A program made the position numbers and the translations under genes. The notes under the pieces were generated by a model, which had not been told where the DNA came from, ran no database searches, and worked only from the letters and a program-made list of their open reading frames with translations. Shown here one piece after another: positions 61,406 to 64,000 of a stretch of 64,000 nt of DNA; within the stretch, counting starts at the first letter, position 1, and every line of letters starts with the position of its first letter. The stretch comes from Nitrososphaeria archaeon (GTDB lineage Archaea; Thermoproteota; Nitrososphaeria; Nitrososphaerales; JAAOZN01), in assembly GCA_029775855.1 (NCBI GenBank), contig JARVJZ010000003.1:128001-192000 (forward strand). The letters run 5' to 3'.

Positions 61406-62092
61406 GTGCAGAGTATGAGTGTGCATATGACTTTTGAGGAGCAGAGACTTAACCTAGTTAAGAACCTAAAGGAGGAAGGTCTGATCAAGTCAAAGGCCGT
61501 TGAATCAGCCTTCTTGAAGGTGCCGAGGGAGAAGTTTGTTTGGCCAGATGAGGTGGAGAACGCTTATCTTGATATTCCACTCCCCTTAGGGAAGACAAGG
61601 CAGACTATTTCGGCGCCACATATGGTTGCTATCATGCTGGAAGCTCTAGAGCTTAGAAGGGGCCTTAAGGTTCTAGAGGTAGGGTGTGGAAGTGGATACT
61701 CTGCCGCCCTTATGGCTGAGATTGTCGGATCAAATGGGCGTGTGGTTTCGATAGAGCGTATCCCAGAGCTTGTTGAGTTTGCCAAACGCAACCTAGCTAA
61801 TGTCGGTTATAGTGATGTTGTAGAGGTTATTTTGGGCGATGGGTGCCTTGGATACCCTCCTAGGTCTGAGGAGGAGATTTATGATAGAGTTGTGGTTACA
61901 GCAGCGGCTTCCACTATACCCAAATACCTTAAGAAGCAGACCAAGCAAGGTGGGATTCTTCTGATACCAGTAGGGGGTTCGTGGTCTCAGACGCTTAAAA
62001 AGCTTGTTAAGATCTCCGTTGATAAATTTGATGTTAAGGATGTTACTGAGTGTGTGTTTGTGCCTTTGGTTGAGTCTGATGAAGCCTTGTAG
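61406..62092 (+). CDS. pcm: Protein-L-isoaspartate O-methyltransferase
   Basis: VPREKF, QTISAPHM, LEVGCGSGY, FVPLV. Confidence 0.95.
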   Translation: MQSMSVHMTFEEQRLNLVKNLKEEGLIKSKAVESAFLKVPREKFVWPDEVENAYLDIPLPLGKTRQTISAPHMVAIMLEALELRRGLKVLEVGCGSGYSAALMAEIVGSNGRVVSIERIPELVEFAKRNLANVGYSDVVEVILGDGCLGYPPRSEEEIYDRVVVTAAASTIPKYLKKQTKQGGILLIPVGGSWSQTLKKLVKISVDKFDVKDVTECVFVPLVESDEAL

Positions 62093-62137
62093 CGTAGTGC
62101 TTAAGAATATTGGGTGCGATGGTTAAAGTAGATAGAG

Positions 62138-62911
62138 TTGACTTGTCGTGTCTGTGGAAAGTCGGAGGCTCTGCCTTTTAAATGCGCTTACTGTGGCGGC
62201 TTCTTCTGCGCTGAACATAGGCTTCCTGAGAATCATAGCTGCCCAGAGCTCTGGTTAGCTAAACCGCCTGTGGAGCGTTGGCGTGGTGTAGAGCGGATAG
62301 ATTATGTTCCCCTGAGGCGAAGATATGTTGGTGTGAATCGTTTGGGTTCAACTGAGGCAAAGCACCTAACCTTGGCTTCGATACTAGTTCTTTTAGTCGG
62401 GCTTTCACTCGGTTGGAAGAGTGATCTAACAGTTTTAGCTGGAACCGCGCTTATCTTTTTAGCTTCGTTTATGTTGCATGAGTTAGCTCACCGTTTTTCG
62501 GCAAAGAGGCGTGGTCTTTGGGCTGAGTTTAGGCTTGAGCCATACGGCGCTCTTCTCACTGCGATAAGCATCGTTTCGCCGTTTAAGATAATCGCTCCTG
62601 GTGCGGTTTTTGTTGTTGGCGCAGCTGGCTTTGATGTTATAGGTAAGGTTGCTTTAAGCGGACCTTTAACCAACCTTATTCTTATGGTGGTGCTGTATGT
62701 GGCTCGTCTGTTTGTTCCTAGTGATATTTTTTGGGTTAATATAGTTCTTGGATATGGTATCTATGTGAACGCTATTATAGCCTTCTTTAATCTTCTACCC
62801 TTTGCATCGTTAGATGGAAGGAAGGTTTTGATGTGGAGTAGGAATGTCTGGCTCTTGTTCTTTGCTTTAAGCCTCGCTATGCTTTTGGCTTCGGTTAGCG
62901 GTTTTCTTTAG
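62138..62911 (+). CDS. AN1-type zinc finger fused to an M50 (site-2) metalloprotease
   Basis: C..C..LPFKC.YCGG.FC.EHRLPENH.C; HELAH; NLLPFASLDG. Confidence 0.85.
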   Translation: MTCRVCGKSEALPFKCAYCGGFFCAEHRLPENHSCPELWLAKPPVERWRGVERIDYVPLRRRYVGVNRLGSTEAKHLTLASILVLLVGLSLGWKSDLTVLAGTALIFLASFMLHELAHRFSAKRRGLWAEFRLEPYGALLTAISIVSPFKIIAPGAVFVVGAAGFDVIGKVALSGPLTNLILMVVLYVARLFVPSDIFWVNIVLGYGIYVNAIIAFFNLLPFASLDGRKVLMWSRNVWLLFFALSLAMLLASVSGFL

Positions 62912-62960
62912 AGGCAAGAAGTATAGATATAAGGTAGGATGTCGCATAAGTTAGAGGGTA

Positions 62961-63710
62961 GTGATGACGATTCAAGTTAAGGTTCTGGATAGCCCAAAAC
63001 TTAGAGAGCCTGTGCTGATCTGCGGTTTGCCTGGCAGTGGTTATGTTGCTAAGATAGCGGTAGATTTTCTCGTCAGCGAGCTTAAGGCAAGCCCGCTTGC
63101 GACGATATATTCATACTCCTTTCCACCTCAGGTCTTGATTAGATCTGATGGGTCTGCTGAGCTAACTAAACATGAGATGGCTTATGTTCTTGGGCAGAGT
63201 CAAGACCTAATACTTTACACGGGTGATGCGCAACCCGTAAATCCAGAGGCTGAGTATGAGCTTTCAAATAAGGTCTTGGATCTTGCAGAGGGATTCGGCG
63301 TTAGAAGAGTATTCACTTTGGCGGCATACATAACAGGTCAATTTGTAAAAACTCCTAGGGTGTTTGGGACTGCGACTAACCACGAGTTTCTCAAAATGTT
63401 GATACAGAGCGGCGCGAATGTAATGAGCGAAGGCACTATCACTGGGATGAATGGGTTGATAATAGGTCTTGCTGCTCTAAGGGGTATGGTTGGCGCTTGC
63501 TTGCTAGGTGAAACCTCTGGATATGTAATGGATCCAAAGGCTTCCCATGCTGTCCTCTCTATTCTTAAGAAGGTGTTAGGTTTAGAGGTGAATCTGGCAC
63601 CACTCGAAGAGCGTGCTAGGCAAGGTGAAGTGCTTAGGAGCATACTTGAGTCGATGAGAAAGTCTACACCAGAACCGCAGCCAGAGAAGGATCTAGGCTA
63701 TATTAGTTAA
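62961..63710 (+). CDS. Proteasome assembly chaperone (PAC2 family)
   Basis: ICGLPGSG.V.K, FPPQV, GDAQP, CLLGETSGY..DP. Confidence 0.88.
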   Translation: MMTIQVKVLDSPKLREPVLICGLPGSGYVAKIAVDFLVSELKASPLATIYSYSFPPQVLIRSDGSAELTKHEMAYVLGQSQDLILYTGDAQPVNPEAEYELSNKVLDLAEGFGVRRVFTLAAYITGQFVKTPRVFGTATNHEFLKMLIQSGANVMSEGTITGMNGLIIGLAALRGMVGACLLGETSGYVMDPKASHAVLSILKKVLGLEVNLAPLEERARQGEVLRSILESMRKSTPEPQPEKDLGYIS

Positions 63711-63733
63711 TCTACCTAAGATGTGATGAGTGG

Positions 63734-64000
63734 TTGGAAGGTATCCTAAGTATTCTGAGAGCAGCTGGCAGACTTAAACAGATACAGCGAACCGGTTGGA
63801 AGACCAAGGTTCATGTAGTTGATGCTGAATCGGTAGCAGACCATAGCTTCAGAGTCAGTTTAGCTTCTATGCTTCTTAGTGACTTGATCGGTCTGGATAC
63901 GCTGAAAGTGGTGAGGATGGCTCTAATACACGATCTTGCAGAATCAATTATAGGTGACCTAACACCAGAACAAGCGAATAAAGAGGGTAAAGAAGCGCTC
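63734..64000 (+). CDS. HD-domain hydrolase (YfbR/HDDC2-like), runs off the window
   Basis: Manual translation from TTG: LKQIQRTGW...ESVADHSF...ALIHDLAESIIGDLTP. Confidence 0.88.
   Translation, partial: MEGILSILRAAGRLKQIQRTGWKTKVHVVDAESVADHSFRVSLASMLLSDLIGLDTLKVVRMALIHDLAESIIGDLTPEQANKEGKEAL

Noticed and set aside
63723-63758. GTGATGA...CTGA, a possible C/D sRNA
   Set aside because: Only 25 nt separate the boxes, there are no internal D'/C' boxes or terminal stem, and it overlaps the HD hydrolase start
1-64000. CRISPR arrays, tRNA/rRNA genes, IS elements, integrases
   Set aside because: None recognisable by eye; the only long repeats are the thermosome paralogs

Overview
Gene-dense archaeal chromosome segment, most likely from a non-ammonia-oxidising Nitrososphaerota/TACK lineage. 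This is inferred from NuoH with an N-terminal extension, a degenerate Pus10, tandem thermosome genes and the eIF5A-Dph6-SRP54-Pus10-rpl21e-rpo4-DUF655-ksgA gene order. That conserved informational gene string is interrupted by two metabolic blocks: a branched-chain amino acid cluster (leuB, leuA, ilvN, ilvB, ilvD, 2x tenA, cimA, ilvC) and an hdrA(-mvhD)-hdrC-hdrB-gcvH-hycI block. Further on are valS/leuCD, a complex-I operon with only membrane subunits (nuoA-H-J-K-M-L-M-N), central metabolism genes and a proteostasis region (thermosome x2, CDC48, PAC2, AN1-M50 protease). Main hunt results: (1) an unannotated 26-aa Leu/Val/Ile-rich leader peptide with mutually exclusive RNA hairpins upstream of ilvB-ilvN-leuA, a candidate archaeal attenuator; (2) HdrABC with a cysteine-less MvhD domain next to a lipoyl-carrier gene; (3) a 2M complex I with a lengthened NuoL helix but no nuoBCDI; (4) a C/D-like sRNA predicted to target the 23S peptidyl-transferase region; (5) a likely AUC start for cimA; (6) a DRG-family pseudo-GTPase. 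I saw no tRNA, rRNA, CRISPR array or IS element. All calls are by eye, without database searches.
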